DNA from: Macrostomum lignano
Lineage: Eukaryota
Length of the DNA stretch: 64,000 bases
NCBI GenBank assembly: GCA_002269645.1
Contig: NIVC01000712.1
Span: forward strand, 186,001 to 250,000
Reading direction: 5' to 3'
A program made the translations under genes and the position numbers. This document shows positions 1-12,226 of this stretch, piece after piece. Numbering within the stretch: the stretch's first letter is position 1; the number at the start of each line of letters is the position of its first letter. The notes beneath the pieces were generated by a model, which saw only the letters and a list, made by a program, of their open reading frames with translations, had not been told where the DNA came from and did no database searches.

Positions 1-1156
1 TATTATCATCATAGTATACATTTAACAAGTTATAATATTAGCATTAATAGATAAACTATAGTATAAATATGCCTACTAGATACTAATTAGGCTTAATTTC
101 AAATCTCAATTGAATCTCAATTATCTCAAAAGTAATAGATCTCAAGTCTAAAAAATCTCAACAATTTGATATTGTCTGACCCTAATACTTATGTCTATAG
201 TTATAGTCATATGCAAATAGTCATTTCTATCTGTTCTTAGGGCATATATGCAAATGGTTATTCTTACATGCAAGTTAAATCTGCAAAAAAACTAAGAAAT
301 CATTAAATTATAGTTTGTTTTTTGAGCTAAATAAAAAATTAAGATTTAATATTATCAACAAATATTTTTGTTATATTCGTAACCATATCTTTTCCAAAAC
401 CCTATAAATATAAGCCTATATATAAGCCTATTTCACCACAAATAAAACAGACCTCTCCCATTTTGAAAACTCTTGCTTATGTTCTCAGATAAAAACTACT
501 TATAAATATAGAATTCCTAAATGAGTTATTCAATTTGGAGTCATTAGACTGAATAAGATTTGCAGTGCTAAGTAATATTATGGGCCTATAGTTATATACT
601 AAGTCTATTTTCAAATATAGGATTAAAGTTGCTTAGTGCATTTTCCCCTCAAGGATTTTCTGGATTTATCCCTGATTAAAAAATAGGGATAGAGTGAAAT
701 ATGTATCCTATTACTAGTTTACCTTGGTCAGCTTTGTCATTTCTATAAGTCTGGCAGAAATCCAACAATATTCTTAGCTTAATGCTTGAACCACATTTTG
801 TATAGTTAGTTTTACTGCCATTGATAAATACTCATATTGCAAAGCTTGCTATTAAATATTCATATACAAGCTATTAAAACCTGCAGATTTTTAACTCACT
901 GAGTTCTAATCCTTAGAACATTTTTGCAAAAATTCTTTAATTTAATTTCTTTAATAACTCAAACAAAAACTTGTTAATAGTTAGGATATAAGTTTGAAGA
1001 AATGGAGTAAATTTTTGTTAAATTACATCTTAACTATCTTAATTTAAAGTTCAACAAGTACCTCATTTTGGAAATATTTCATCCTTAAATTCTGTCAGAT
1101 TTTATTTGGTTTGCTGAAATTCCAAATTCCAACAAAATATTAGTGATAGTGAGCCA

Positions 1157-3367
1157 ATGTCTGCAAATAATGATGCCACAGCTTATGAACAGTGCCTTAG
1201 ACGATCGCTGGCTGCAATTCTGATTGACTGTGGATTTCAATCCAGTACTAGAAGGTGTCTTCGCTTACTCCAGGTTAGCTTATTTGCTGGTTATTGTGTA
1301 ATAGCACTCGAGAATCACATTGGCCGCCCCAAAGCCCTTAAGAATGGCTTTAGACACCCTGTTGAAAACCTCACCGTACCCAACAAGTCATGGTGTTAGC
1401 GCTTAACTGTCTACTAGCTCAAGTAGACCAAATAGTAAACTTAGTAATTCTACAGAGACTTTAGCACGGCTCAAGACTGGGATCGCTTTCATAAGTCCGA
1501 AATTGCACAACGTCGAAAGCTTCCGTCCGTTTCGGTCTTCTGAAGCCCCCTCCTCCTAGAGTCATTATAGAAGCGTCACCCCAGAGTCGCTTGCGTCACC
1601 CCAGAGTCGCTTGCGTCACCCCAGAGTCGCTTGCATCACCCCAGAGTCGCTTGCATCACCCCAGAGTCGCTTGCATCACCCCAGAGTCGCTTGCATCACC
1701 CCAGAGTCGCTTGCATCACCCCAGAGTCGCTTGCGTCACCCCAGAGTCGCTTGCGTCACCCCAGAGTCGCTTGCGTCACCCCAGAGTCGCTTGCATCACC
1801 CCAGAGTCGCTTGCATCACCCCAGAGTTGCTTGCATCACCCCAAAGTCGCTTGCGTCACCCCAGAGTCGCTTGCATCACCCCAGAGTCGCTTGCGTCACC
1901 CCAGAGTCGCTTGCATCACCCCAGAGTCGCTTGCATCACCCCAGAGTCGCTTGCATCACCCCAGAGTCGCTTGCGTCACCCCAGAGTCGCTTGCGTCACC
2001 CCAGAGTCGCTTGCGTCACCCCAGAGTCGCTTGCATCACCCCAGAGTCGCTTGCATCACCCCAGAGTCGCTTGCATCACCCCAGAGTCGCTTGCATCACC
2101 CCAGAGTCGCTTGCGTCACCCCAGAGTCGCTTGCGTCACCCCAGAGTCGCTTGCATCACCCCAGAGTCGCTTGCGTCACCCCAGAGTCGCTTGCGTCACC
2201 CCAGAGTCGCTTGCGTCACCCCAGAGTCGCTTGCGTCACCCCAGAGTCGCTTGCATCACCCCAGAGTCGCTTGCGTCACCCCAGAGTCGCTTGCGTCACC
2301 CCAGAGTCGCTTGCATCACCCCAGAGTCGCTTGCGTCACCCCAGAGTCGCTTGCGTCACCCCAGAGTCGCTTGCGTCACCCCAGAGTCGCTTGCGTCACC
2401 CCAGAGTCGCTTGCATCACCCCAGAGTCGCTTGCGTCACCCCAGAGTCGCTTGCGTCACCCCAGAGTCGCAGACAATAAAACGCCCCAAATTGACTCTTA
2501 AACCGCACGGTTGATGCCCCGAACTGCAGAACCCGCACCATTTGCACCAATCAGGCCGCTCTCGAGCACTTTCTCAGCCAAGTTGGCCAAAGCGCCCGAG
2601 CCTACGCTGAGGCCTGCGGCCGTACCCAGCCAGTACTTGGCGACGCCACAATGGCTCTGGTTGACTATGGCGTCACCGTATCCTCGCTAATCGATTTCGC
2701 CAGACAGCCCAGACCAGCTGGCACTGGCGGGCAGCAGCAGCGTCAGCAGCGCAACATACCGGCCGTGTTTGGTCACGACTGGCTGGCTGAAGCCGCTCTG
2801 AAGCGGCAATCTACAGCTGCTACTAGCGATAGAAGAGCTCAGCAGCAGACAGACAGGCCCAATCACATCCCGGATCATCTGCCGCCTTATCCGCGGCCGC
2901 ACACATTTGTATCAACGCCTGCATTCCGTCTTCGCCGTTGTCATCAACAACAGCGAGCATTGGACGATATTAGCACTAATCATCACAATACTACTAATAA
3001 TAGTAGTAATAGCGATCCGTTAGACGATCTGCTAGATCAGCAATACGACGATGTTGACGTTTATCGTCGACGCGGCGCCGAGCACCGACGCCAGACAGAG
3101 CTGTCGCTAACCAGATTTCTAGCCGCCACTGGCCAGACTCATTCCCTGTTCCCAGACGAATTGACTGCTGTGGCTACAGCAGCTTCTAATCCGTTTCGAT
3201 TGACAGCTAACGAGCTCAGTGCTAGGCCCTATGTGGCCGCTCTGACTGGTGGCGATGTTCAACGGCATCAGAGCTCAGAATCTGCCAGTCCTTCATCTCT
3301 GTCGCCTGGGAAGCCGCGGCCGAATCACCCGAATCCTTATCTTAGGCCGGCTAAATTCCCGCTGTAA
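1157..3367 (+). CDS. TAF8: TFIID subunit 8 (TAF8), two exons
   Basis: join(1157..1273,2555..3367); CAG|GTTAG donor and TCAG|GCC acceptor, phase 0. Histone-fold segment (LAAILIDCGF..ALEHFLSQVGQSARAYAEACGRTQPVLGDATMALVDYG), TAF8_C motif HIPDHLPPYPRPHTF, ELSLTRFLAATG and C-terminal NPYLRP all match TAF8 as I recall it. Confidence 0.88.
1573..2470. repeat. 20-bp minisatellite, about 45 copies, in the TAF8 intron
   Basis: Unit GC(G/A)TCACCCCAGAGTCGCTT; explains the three overlapping repetitive ORFs. Confidence 0.97.
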
Positions 3368-3599
3368 AAGTGTTTTTTTGTTAATTTAACATTGTGTTTT
3401 TCGGCGCTGGTTCTGTTGATATTTTCATCGATTTTGACAAGTGAAATAAAAGCACAAATCCTATATAGTAAAAAGTAACACTAATTGTTTTTTTATAACA
3501 ATATTTTTTCTATTTTCTGATTTTCTAATTTTTAGTAGGTAGGATGTTAGTATCCAGTCTATACTTAGTGTAATTTTATAATAATTAACTGCATCATTC

Positions 3600-4092
3600 C
3601 TTTAGTGACCCCCTTGCCCCCCCCCCCCCAAAGTCCCTTAGTGACCCCCACCGTTCCCCCACAGTCATTTAGTGACCCCTTGCCCCCTCCCAAAGTCCCT
3701 TAGTGACCCCGTTGCCCCCCAAAGTCCTTTACTGACCCCTCTGCCCCCCTCACAGTCCTTTATTGACCCGCTGCCTCCCTCACAGTCCTTTAGTGACCCA
3801 GCTGCCCCCCTCACAGTTCTTTAGTGACCCCGCTGCCCCCCTCACAGTCCTTTAGTGACCCCTGCTGCCCCCTCAGTCTTTTAGTGACCCCTGCTGCCCC
3901 CTCACAGTCTTTTTAGTGACCCCTGCTGCCCCCTCACAGTCTTTTAGTGACCCCTGCTGCCCCCTCACAGTCTTTTAGTGACCCCTGCTGCCCCCCTCAC
4001 AGTCTTTTAGTGACCCCTGCGCCCCCCACAGTCTTTTAGTGACCCCTGCTGCCCCCTCACAGTCTTTTAGTGACCCCGCTGACCCCCTCACA
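3600..4092. repeat. About 31-bp minisatellite
   Basis: TAGTGACCCCTGCTGCCCCCTCACAGTCTTT variants in tandem. Confidence 0.92.
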
Positions 4093-4188
4093 GTATAAAT
4101 ACTAGCGCAGAAATATTTTCTGCTAACGTACTTTTTACCTACTGGAAGTAGTGCACAATAAAATAGATATTGTACATTTTCAGCAGCG

Positions 4189-7100
4189 ATGCGGCTTCGC
4201 TGCCAGAATCTGGACGCTTTGCTGCGGTCTATCGGCGAACTGGAGGAATCCTGCGGCGCAGATTTTTGTACATCAACCAGACGCTCTCTGACCAAGTATG
4301 TCGCCGAATTAGTCGCCTCATCGACTGATAGCCGCGGCGTTGTTCGACCTCATCGACTTGGACAGCGTCGCCGATTTCAGCCGCTGTTTCGCGATCGCGA
4401 CAATTCGTCGTCGTCTTTGTCGCACCAAGACTGTCGCTTGCTGGACTGGGACGGCACGCCTCACATTGTGGTGATGACCGACTATCGCTGGTGCTCCATG
4501 CAAGCTCCGAAGTCCATCGGTAGAAATCGAACTCAACCGGTGCTGCTCATGCATAGGAGACGGGGTGGCAGAATTACTGGCGATTCTGGTGTTGGCGCGG
4601 GTTTAGGTACCTGTGCTAGAACAGGTGTGTCTGCCGGTGATGGCACCGGTATGAACACAGGTGTCGGCACCGTTATAGACACCGGTGTTGCTACCGGTAT
4701 GAGCACCGGTGTTGCTACCGGTATGAGCACAGGTGTTGCTACCGGTATGAGCACCGGTGTTACTACCGGTATGAGCACCGGTGTTGCTACCGGTATGAGC
4801 ACAGGTGTTGCTACCGGTATGAGCACCGGTGTTTCTACCGGTATGAGCACAGGTGTCGGCACCGGTTGTACCGCCTGCGTTATAATTAAAGCTGTAATGC
4901 GATTTCCTCAATACCGGTTAAATATCAACGACCGGGGTCTGCAATCTCTGGTCAGTCACCGGTTGCGCTACCTGATGTCGCGCGGTCAGTACCCTGGCGA
5001 AGTATGGTACTATGCCTATTTCCCTTCGGCCAAGGAGCACAACCACGTCATGCTGGCCTCCGCTCCCGGAGTTCATCTGCCCCAGGCGATGTCGGATCTG
5101 TCCGACAATTCCCGTCTCATCATTTTGGATTTGTCCGGTCAACCAGTTGCTACGCAACCAGCCGATGCTTCGGTTGAGATCGAAGATTCCACTATTAGCT
5201 CTGGTGGGTAGCTTTTAAGACCTTTCGTGCACGTTCGTAATGTTTTTTTACTCTTCAGCCATCCTTCACCTACTAATCAGCCATCCCCTCAGCTACCCTT
5301 CAGCCACCCTTCAGCTACCCTTCGGCAATCCCCTCAGCTACCCTTCAGCCACCCCTCAGCTACCCTTCAGCAATCCCCTCAGCTACCCTTCAGCCACCCC
5401 TCAGCTACCCTTCAGCAATCCCTCAGCTACCCTTCAGCCATCCGCTCAGCTACCCTTCAGCCATCCCTCAGCTCGTACCCTTCAGCCACCCCTCAGCTAC
5501 CCTTCAGCCATCCCCTCAGCTACCCTTCAGCCACCCCTCAGCTACCCTTCAGCAATCCCTCAGCTACCCTTCAGCCATCCCCTCAGCTACCCTTCAGCGA
5601 TCACTCAGCTACCCTTCAGCCATCCCCTTCAGCTACCCTTCAGCAATCACTCAGCTACCCTTCAGCCACCCCTCAGCTACCCTTCAGCAATCACTCAGCT
5701 ACCCTTCAGCCATCCCTCAGCTACCCTTCAGCCATCCCTCAGCTACCCTTCAGCCATCCCTCAGCTACCCATCAGCCATCCCCTCGGCTACCCTTCAGCC
5801 ATCCCTCAGCTACCCTTCAGCCATCCCTCAGCTACCCTTCAGCAATCACTCAGCTACCCTTCAGCAATCCCTCAGCTACCCTTCAGCCATCCCCTCAGCT
5901 ACCCTTCAGCCACCCCTCAGCTACCCTTCAGCAATCCCTCAGCTACCCTTCAGCCATCCCCTCAGCTACCCTTCAGCGATCACTCAGCTACCCTTCAGCC
6001 ATCCCCTTCAGCTACCCTTCAGCAATCACTCAGCTACCCTTCAGCCACCCCTCAGCTACCCTTCAGCAATCACTCAGCTACCCTTCAGCCATCCCTCAGC
6101 TACCCTTCAGCCATCCCTCAGCTACCCTTCAGCCATCCCTCAGCTACCCATCAGCCATCCCCTCGGCTACCCTTCAGCCATCCCTCAGCTACCCTTCAGC
6201 CATCCCTCAGCTACCCTTCAGCAATCACTCAGCTACCCTTCAGCAATCCCTCAGCTACCCTTCAGCCATCCCTCAGCTACCCTTCAGCAATCACTCAGCT
6301 ACCCTTCAGCAATCCCTCAGCTACCCTTCAGCCATCCCCTCAGCTACCCTTCAGCCACCCCTCAGCTACCCTTCAGCCACCCCTCAGCTACCCTTCAGCC
6401 ATCCCCTCAGCTACCCTTCAGCCACCCCTCAGCTCGTACCCTTCAGCAATCTCGTCCGATACAATCCAACAAATCCTCCAACGAAGCCCATGTCAAGAAA
6501 CGCTTATTAAAATGTTTACTCTAATCATTGCAGATAATCATCAGAGCAGCCTCAGACTGTTGCGTCAGCTGGACATGACAGACTGCGTAGTCAGATCGGA
6601 GACCAGCTTCCTAGCTTTACTGCATCGCCTGCAGCAGTATCTGACTCAGCAGCGTCAGCAATCCACCAAGCCACGGCAGCCGTCCAACCTTCGGGCCGGT
6701 TGTCTCGGTGCCCGCATCAACTGGCACGCTTCTCTTGATGGCGTGGATTTGGATCATAGCGATGAGATTGATGGCGAGCAATCGGGCATGTGTGGAGATT
6801 TTCTTGACGTAATTGTGAGTTCCTTGGTAATTAGGATACTGATTTTCAAGGGTGGTACTGCCACCAACTCAACCCATTGTGTCCATAGACTGCCACCAAC
6901 TCAACCCATTGTGTCCATAGACTGCCACCAACTCAACCCATTGTGTCCATAGACTGCCACCAACTAAACCCAGTCTGTCCATGGACTGCTAACACCTCAA
7001 CCCAGTCTGTCCATGGACTGCTAACAACTCAACACAGTCTGTCCATGGACTGCTAACACCTCAACCCAGTCTCTCCATGGACTGCTAACACCTCAACCCA

Positions 7101-7709
7101 GTCTCTCCATGGACTGCTAACACCTCAACCCAGTCTGTCCATGGACTGCTAACACCTCAACCCTAGTCTGTCCATGGACTGCTAACACCTCAACCCAGTC
7201 TGTCCATGGACAGCTAACACCTCAGCCCAGTGTGTCCATGGACAGCCAGCACCTCATGTGTGAAAATGTGCTTGCATACGTATCCGTGTGCGTCTCTGCA
7301 TGCTCTGGAATCAGTTGGATGTTCAATATAATAATTATTATTGTTCTCTTGACACTGCATAATGGTTGAATACTTTCAGGATGAAATCACCGACATGGAT
7401 AATGGTTCCGACAGCCGGTTAGACACGGATTGCCAGCTATCTAGCGTCGATCAAGATGAGAGCGGCGCAGCTAAAATTGGTAATTGGAAACCTCGCAGAG
7501 GTCGCCCGCTGAAAGATCCTCTGCTGCCGAGGCCCGCCCGCCTCACAGCGTCCGAAGTTCGCCGGTTTAACTGCGTTAACGCCCGCGAAGGGGTGACTGC
7601 GGCTTCGTCTATGGCAGAGCGCTTCGAGGCAGCGGAAGCCAGGATTGACCGTCTGGAGAGCCAGGTGTCTCAGCTCACCTCGCTGATTGGCTGCGATCCT
7701 ACCAGCTGA
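4189..7709 (+). CDS. CaRF (calcium-responsive transcription factor)-like protein with C-terminal AT-hook-like motif, three exons
   Basis: Proposed join(4189..5203,6534..6814,7380..7709), phases 1 and 0 consistent; alternative donor at 6808. WDGTPHIV..C, CTACVIIKAVMRFPQYR and YYAYFPSAKEH resemble the CaRF DNA-binding region (DG.PF..C / CPARIYIKKVQKFPEYR / YVQLP..QAH, from memory). PRRGRP is in the last exon. Confidence 0.6.
4660..4868 (+). repeat. 24-bp in-frame repeat (TGMSTGVA)n
   Basis: ACCGGTGTTGCTACCGGTATGAGC, about 8 copies inside the 4189 ORF. Confidence 0.9.
5278..6448. repeat. About 22-bp C-rich minisatellite, intronic
   Basis: CAGCTACCCTTCAGCCATCCCT variants. Confidence 0.95.
6878..7255. 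repeat. About 32-bp minisatellite, intronic
   Basis: CCATGGACTGCTAACACCTCAACCCAGTCTGT variants. Confidence 0.93.
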
Positions 7710-8165
7710 CCTCCGTGACCTCTGATTGGCTGCGGTCCCACCAGCTGACCTCCGTGACCTCTGATTGGCTGCGATCCTACCAGCTGACCTCCGTGACCTC
7801 TGATTGGCTGCGGTCCCACCAGCTGACCTCCGTGACCTCTGATTGGCTGCGATCCCACCAGCTTACCTTCATGACCTCTGATTGGCTGCGATCCCACCAG
7901 CTGACCTCCGTGACCTCTGATTGGCTGCGATCCAACCAACTGACCTCCGTGACCTCTGATTGGCTGCGATCCTACCAGCTGACCTCCGTGACCTCTGATT
8001 GGCTGCGGTCCCACCAGCTGACCTCCGTGACCTCTGATTGGCTGCGATCCCACCAGCTGACCTCCGTGACCTCTGATTGGCTGCGATCCAACCAACTGAC
8101 CTCCGTGACCTCTGATTGGCTGCGATCCCATCAGCTGACCTCCGTGACCTCTGATTGGCTGTCAT
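7670..8165. repeat. 39-bp minisatellite, about 12 copies, starting inside the last coding exon
   Basis: CAGCTGACCTCCGTGACCTCTGATTGGCTGCGATCCCAC. Confidence 0.95.
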
Positions 8166-8959
8166 CCTACTTGATGACCTCTTTTGGCCTCTGGTTGTTT
8201 GCAAGCCTTGATCTTGTTTCCTGCAAATCTATTATTCATCGGGTGACCTCTTTTGTCCTCTGATTGATTTTAAGGAAATCTGATGGTCAACGTGACCTTC
8301 ATTGACCCCTAATTACCAGGTGACCTCAATTGACCTCTCCAACTATTGATTTTGCGTGTTGTTTTCAGTTTCAGAACGGTGTTTTCCGTCTGTATTTCAT
8401 TTTGTATTCAAATATTTATACTTATTAAGAATCGCAATAGTGTATTAGTTTACCTGACTACCTATATTTATTACTTTACTTTTACTTGTACTTAGCATGT
8501 ACTTTTCAGTCCTCTTCGCTCTAATTAGTGCACTTTCATATTTAGTCGCCTAAAGTTTTATAATCCCTCGCTGTTAATAATGCTTTGTGCAATCAGTTTT
8601 ACAACTCTGAGATGCTTCTCTAAGTCAAATGTACCCTGCTTTTAGATTATTATATTATTACTATCGATTTCTAAATTAATGCATCTAGCAGATCTTTTAG
8701 ACATCTTTTCCAATATTGTACACCAAATAGTGTTGATAAATAAACGAATTTATGCATAAATGTCGTATTACTTGTTTACTTTTTTCATCACTTATAATAG
8801 CAGATTATAGGTAACAATAAGGGGGGGGGTAATTTTACGAGTTATAATTATTCAACGATTTTCCAGGTTTACATTTAGGATTTTTAGAGTATTCTTTGTC
8901 AGTATTAACTTATTAACTTAGTATTATCTACGGATTATCATGTTTGAAATTATGGATTA

Positions 8960-9205
8960 TCAAAGGATTAACTGGATTCGAATTGGGGATTATCAGAGGA
9001 TTAACTGGATTCGAATGGGGGATCATGCGAGGATTAACTGGATTCGAATGGGGGATTATCGGAGGATTAACTGGATTCGAATGGGGGATCATGCGAGGAT
9101 TAACAGGATTCGAATGGGGATTATCAGAGGATTAACTGGATTCGAATGGGGGATTATCAGAGGATTAACTGGATTCGAATGGGGGATTATCAGAGGATTA
9201 GCCTG
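8960..9205. repeat. 33-bp minisatellite
   Basis: GGATTAACTGGATTCGAATGGGGGATTATCAGA, about 7 copies. Confidence 0.93.
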
Positions 9206-9346
9206 CTTTGAATTGGGGAGTTATTAGAGGATTAGCAATATTTTACTCAATATTTTTCTTAGATAAGCCACGTTTATGAGCAATGGGCCCAATCCTAGCT
9301 CAAAGTTGGGATGCCCTAAACTCTAAACCCTAAACTCCATCATCTC

Positions 9347-9577
9347 ATGGCTCCCAAAGGAGTGGGCACTTCCTGTGCGAAACGCCGCAACGTGCGCGAG
9401 CCGGGCGTCCGGGCCGCCTACCAGGCAGCCGACGTGGCCGGGAATCGAGGCCAGGACGACATCGACTTGCTGATCAGCTTCATCGAGGGTCCTCCTCAGG
9501 CTGCCGGGAAAAAAGCTGCCAAGAAAAAGTCGGAGAAGGATAGCGGCGCTGTCAAGACTAACGAAACAAAGACTTGA
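9347..9577 (+). pseudogene. Truncated paralogous fragment of the 11696/12916 gene
   Basis: EPGVRAAYQAADVAGNRGQDDIDLLISFIEGPPQAAGKKAAKKKS is almost identical to the C-terminal part of ORF 11696. Confidence 0.7.
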
Positions 9578-9764
9578 GTAATCGTTGTTTATGATTTATT
9601 TCCTTGCCAACTGAGAACAGATATTAAAGTATTGTTGAGCTTCGGTTACCCGAGTATGTGAAAAACAATAATAGTGAAACTTTAGCATCTGCTTTTGCTT
9701 TCCCGACTCTTCCCTCTCAGTGCCTCTTGTCTATCTCGTTACAATTTGATTACTACGTCTCCTC

Positions 9765-10495
9765 ATCCCAGTCTCACCATCTCCCTACCCTCATCTCCCT
9801 ACCTCAGTCTCCCTCATCTCCCTGCCTCAGTCTCCCTCATCTCCCTGCCTCAGTCTCCCTCATCTCCCTACCTCAGTCTCCCTCATCTCCCTACCTCAGT
9901 CTCCCTCATCTCCCTACCTCAGTCTCCCTCATCTCCCTACCCTCATCTCCCTACCTCAGTCTCCCTCATCTCCCTACCTCAGTCTCCCTCATCTCCCTAC
10001 CTCAGTCTCCCTCATCTCCCTACCTCAGTCTCCCTCATCTCCCTACCTCAGTCTCCCTCATCTCCCTACCCTCATCTCCCTACCTCAGTCTCCCTCATCT
10101 CCCTACCTCAGTCTCCCTCATCTCCCTACCTCAGTCTCCCTCATCTCCCTACCTCAATCTCCCTCATCTCCCTACCTCAGTCTCCCCCATCTCCCTACCT
10201 CAGTCTCCCCCATCTCCCTACCTCAATCTCCCTCATCTCCCTACCTCAGTCTCCCTCGTCTCCCTACCTCAGTCTCCCTCATCTCCCTACCTCAGTCTCC
10301 CTCGTCTCCCTACCTCGATCTCCCTCATCTCCCTACCTCAGTCTCCCTCGTCTCCCTACCTCAATCTCCCTCATCTCCCTACCTCAGTCTCCCTCGTCTT
10401 CCTACCTCGATCTCCCTCATCTCCCTGCCTCAGTCTCCCTCATCTCCCTACCTCAGTCTCCCTCGTCTCCCTACCTCTCCTTCATCTCCCTTCCT
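9765..10495. repeat. 23-bp pyrimidine-rich minisatellite
   Basis: CTCCCTCATCTCCCTACCTCAGT. Confidence 0.95.
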
Positions 10496-11083
10496 CTCCT
10501 TCATCTCCCTAGCTCGTAAAAAACTCGTAATATATACTACTAAACTCACTGTCTACTAAAAGTAGTACAAAGCGTGGTATTTCGACAGTTACAGTAAAAT
10601 GCATTCTGGTTTTTACTGTTTTATAAATTCACACAATCGAAATTGGTATTTTTATTTTTTGCCAATCAGCTTTTTTATTGTTTTTTTACGTTAATTATAA
10701 GCAGTCAGATTTGCCTTGTGCAATGTTGTCAAAATTAGTGTATTCCATACTGCACTACCAAACTGTATTCAAGTCTAATCTGGCATCAACTGCTTATGCG
10801 AATGGAACTTACTTTGTGTCTTTTTATATATTCTTTTTTATTCAAGTTATAATTTCTTTGACGCTTTGTGTTTATTTTTTTAGAGCTAGTTTTTTGTTAT
10901 AATCTGTCAATCAGCGGTAAAGAAGGAAGCCACAGAAAATATATGTATATTCAGAAATATGCGGTTTTTTGTTGCTCGTCTTTTATTTTACTCGTTTTAT
11001 CGATCAACTGGTAGCAAGTTAAGCAGAGCTGGTATCGGTTAGGACGAAGGATGATATATATCAACTGGTTTGTCAGACTAATA

Positions 11084-11240
11084 GGGGTTGCACCCTAGTG
11101 GCTAAAGCATCGGACTCACGACTTGAGGATCGATGGTTCGATTCCTGACCCACGGAACATTTTGCATTATTGAGCAATGCTCTTAATTCTGCATTGCTTC
11201 AGTTCACCCAGCTGTAAAGTGGGTGCCAGCATTAGCTGGG
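11084..11240 (+). mobile_element. tRNA-derived SINE-like sequence
   Basis: A-box-like TAGTGGCTAAAG and B-box GGTTCGATTCC (11135-11145), followed by TTCACCCAGCTGTAAAGTGGGTGCC, which resembles invertebrate SINE central domains. No complete cloverleaf. Confidence 0.65.
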
Positions 11241-11695
11241 GTAATTGAGCACGCAACCTTCAGATGCGCCGTGCAATAGCAAGGCTGAGCTGTCGGTTGC
11301 ACATCTGGCCATTAGGGCAGGTGTGTAATCAATTATTGTTATTACTATTATTGTCACACTGGCACTGAGGTATGCTTGAATTTTAACCCTCAAAACCCCT
11401 CCTTCATGCTCATTGGCTGCAGGGTTTCGAACTACTCCCGTTTGGAGCAGTCTGGCTATCCAGTTATTATATACCATCCTTGGTTAGTGCGCAAACGAAT
11501 AGGTAGAAATACAGGCTGAAAGTTGCGACCCTCCACTGTGCCAGCTACACCATTAGCTTTTGTTCTTCAACTTTTATTGCTTCATCTGTTCATGCTTCCA
11601 GAGCTGCCCAGCTAACACGGTTCCTCATCTGGCGCTTAGCGGACACTAATCAGGGGCTGTATAATTTACACTATTCACAGAGCGCAGTTGGAGCA

Positions 11696-12226
11696 ATGCT
11701 GGCTGGTGGTAACTCTAACGATCAGGCTGTTGGAGCCATCGGTTGCGTCGTTGACGACTGCTACGACGCTCTCGGCTCCGACTCGGTGTCCACACCGTCG
11801 GAAGGCAGCGACAGCGAAATCAGGGAAGATGACGATGGCAAACCGCCGCACCTGCCGGACTATTGCTTGGTGACTCGGCCGGAGTTGCCGCAGCTGCGAC
11901 TGCTGCGCAATCAGCCGCCTTTCGGCTACTCCGGGGATCCGCAGGTGTCGCCAAAATTTCAGCGCAACCTCATCGACAACGGCGGAGGCGATAGCAAAGG
12001 AGTGGCCACTTCCAGTCGGAAATGCCGCAAGCGGGCGACTTCCGGCGAGCCGGGTGTCCGGGCCACCTACCAGGCAGCCGACGTGGCCGGGAATCGAGGC
12101 CAGGACGACATCGACTCGCTGATCAGCTTCATCGAGGGGCCTCCTCAGGCTGCCGGGAAGAAAGCTGCAAAGAAAAAGTCGAAGAATGGAAGCGGTGCTA
12201 CCAAGACCGGTGAAACAAAGACTTGA
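11696..12226 (+). CDS. Shortened paralog of the 12916 gene (possibly a pseudogene)
   Basis: Shares GAIGCV.DDCYDALGSDSVSTPSEGSDSE, TRPELPQLRLLRNQPPFGYSGDPQ and AGNRG..D.D.L.SFI.G with ORF 12916, with internal deletions. Confidence 0.55.
   Translation: MLAGGNSNDQAVGAIGCVVDDCYDALGSDSVSTPSEGSDSEIREDDDGKPPHLPDYCLVTRPELPQLRLLRNQPPFGYSGDPQVSPKFQRNLIDNGGGDSKGVATSSRKCRKRATSGEPGVRATYQAADVAGNRGQDDIDSLISFIEGPPQAAGKKAAKKKSKNGSGATKTGETKT

Noticed and set aside
1591-2514. Three long overlapping ORFs
   Set aside because: Stop-free 20-bp intronic repeat read in all three frames.
5227-6510. Long S/P/Q-rich ORFs here and at 9658-10519, 16031-16942, 20054-20596, 21479-22565, 33041-33840, 36174-36911 and 46958-47840
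   Set aside because: All coincide with tandem arrays. Only 6534-6814 and the minus-strand 33614-33813 are taken as exons.
6990-7210. ATGGACTGCTAA in the minisatellite equals part of the tRNA-Ser(GCT) anticodon arm
   Set aside because: Only 12 nt, with no TCCAT partner or other tRNA parts; probably chance.
11084-11160. Functional tRNA gene
   Set aside because: No acceptor-stem pairing or terminator; it continues into SINE-like sequence.
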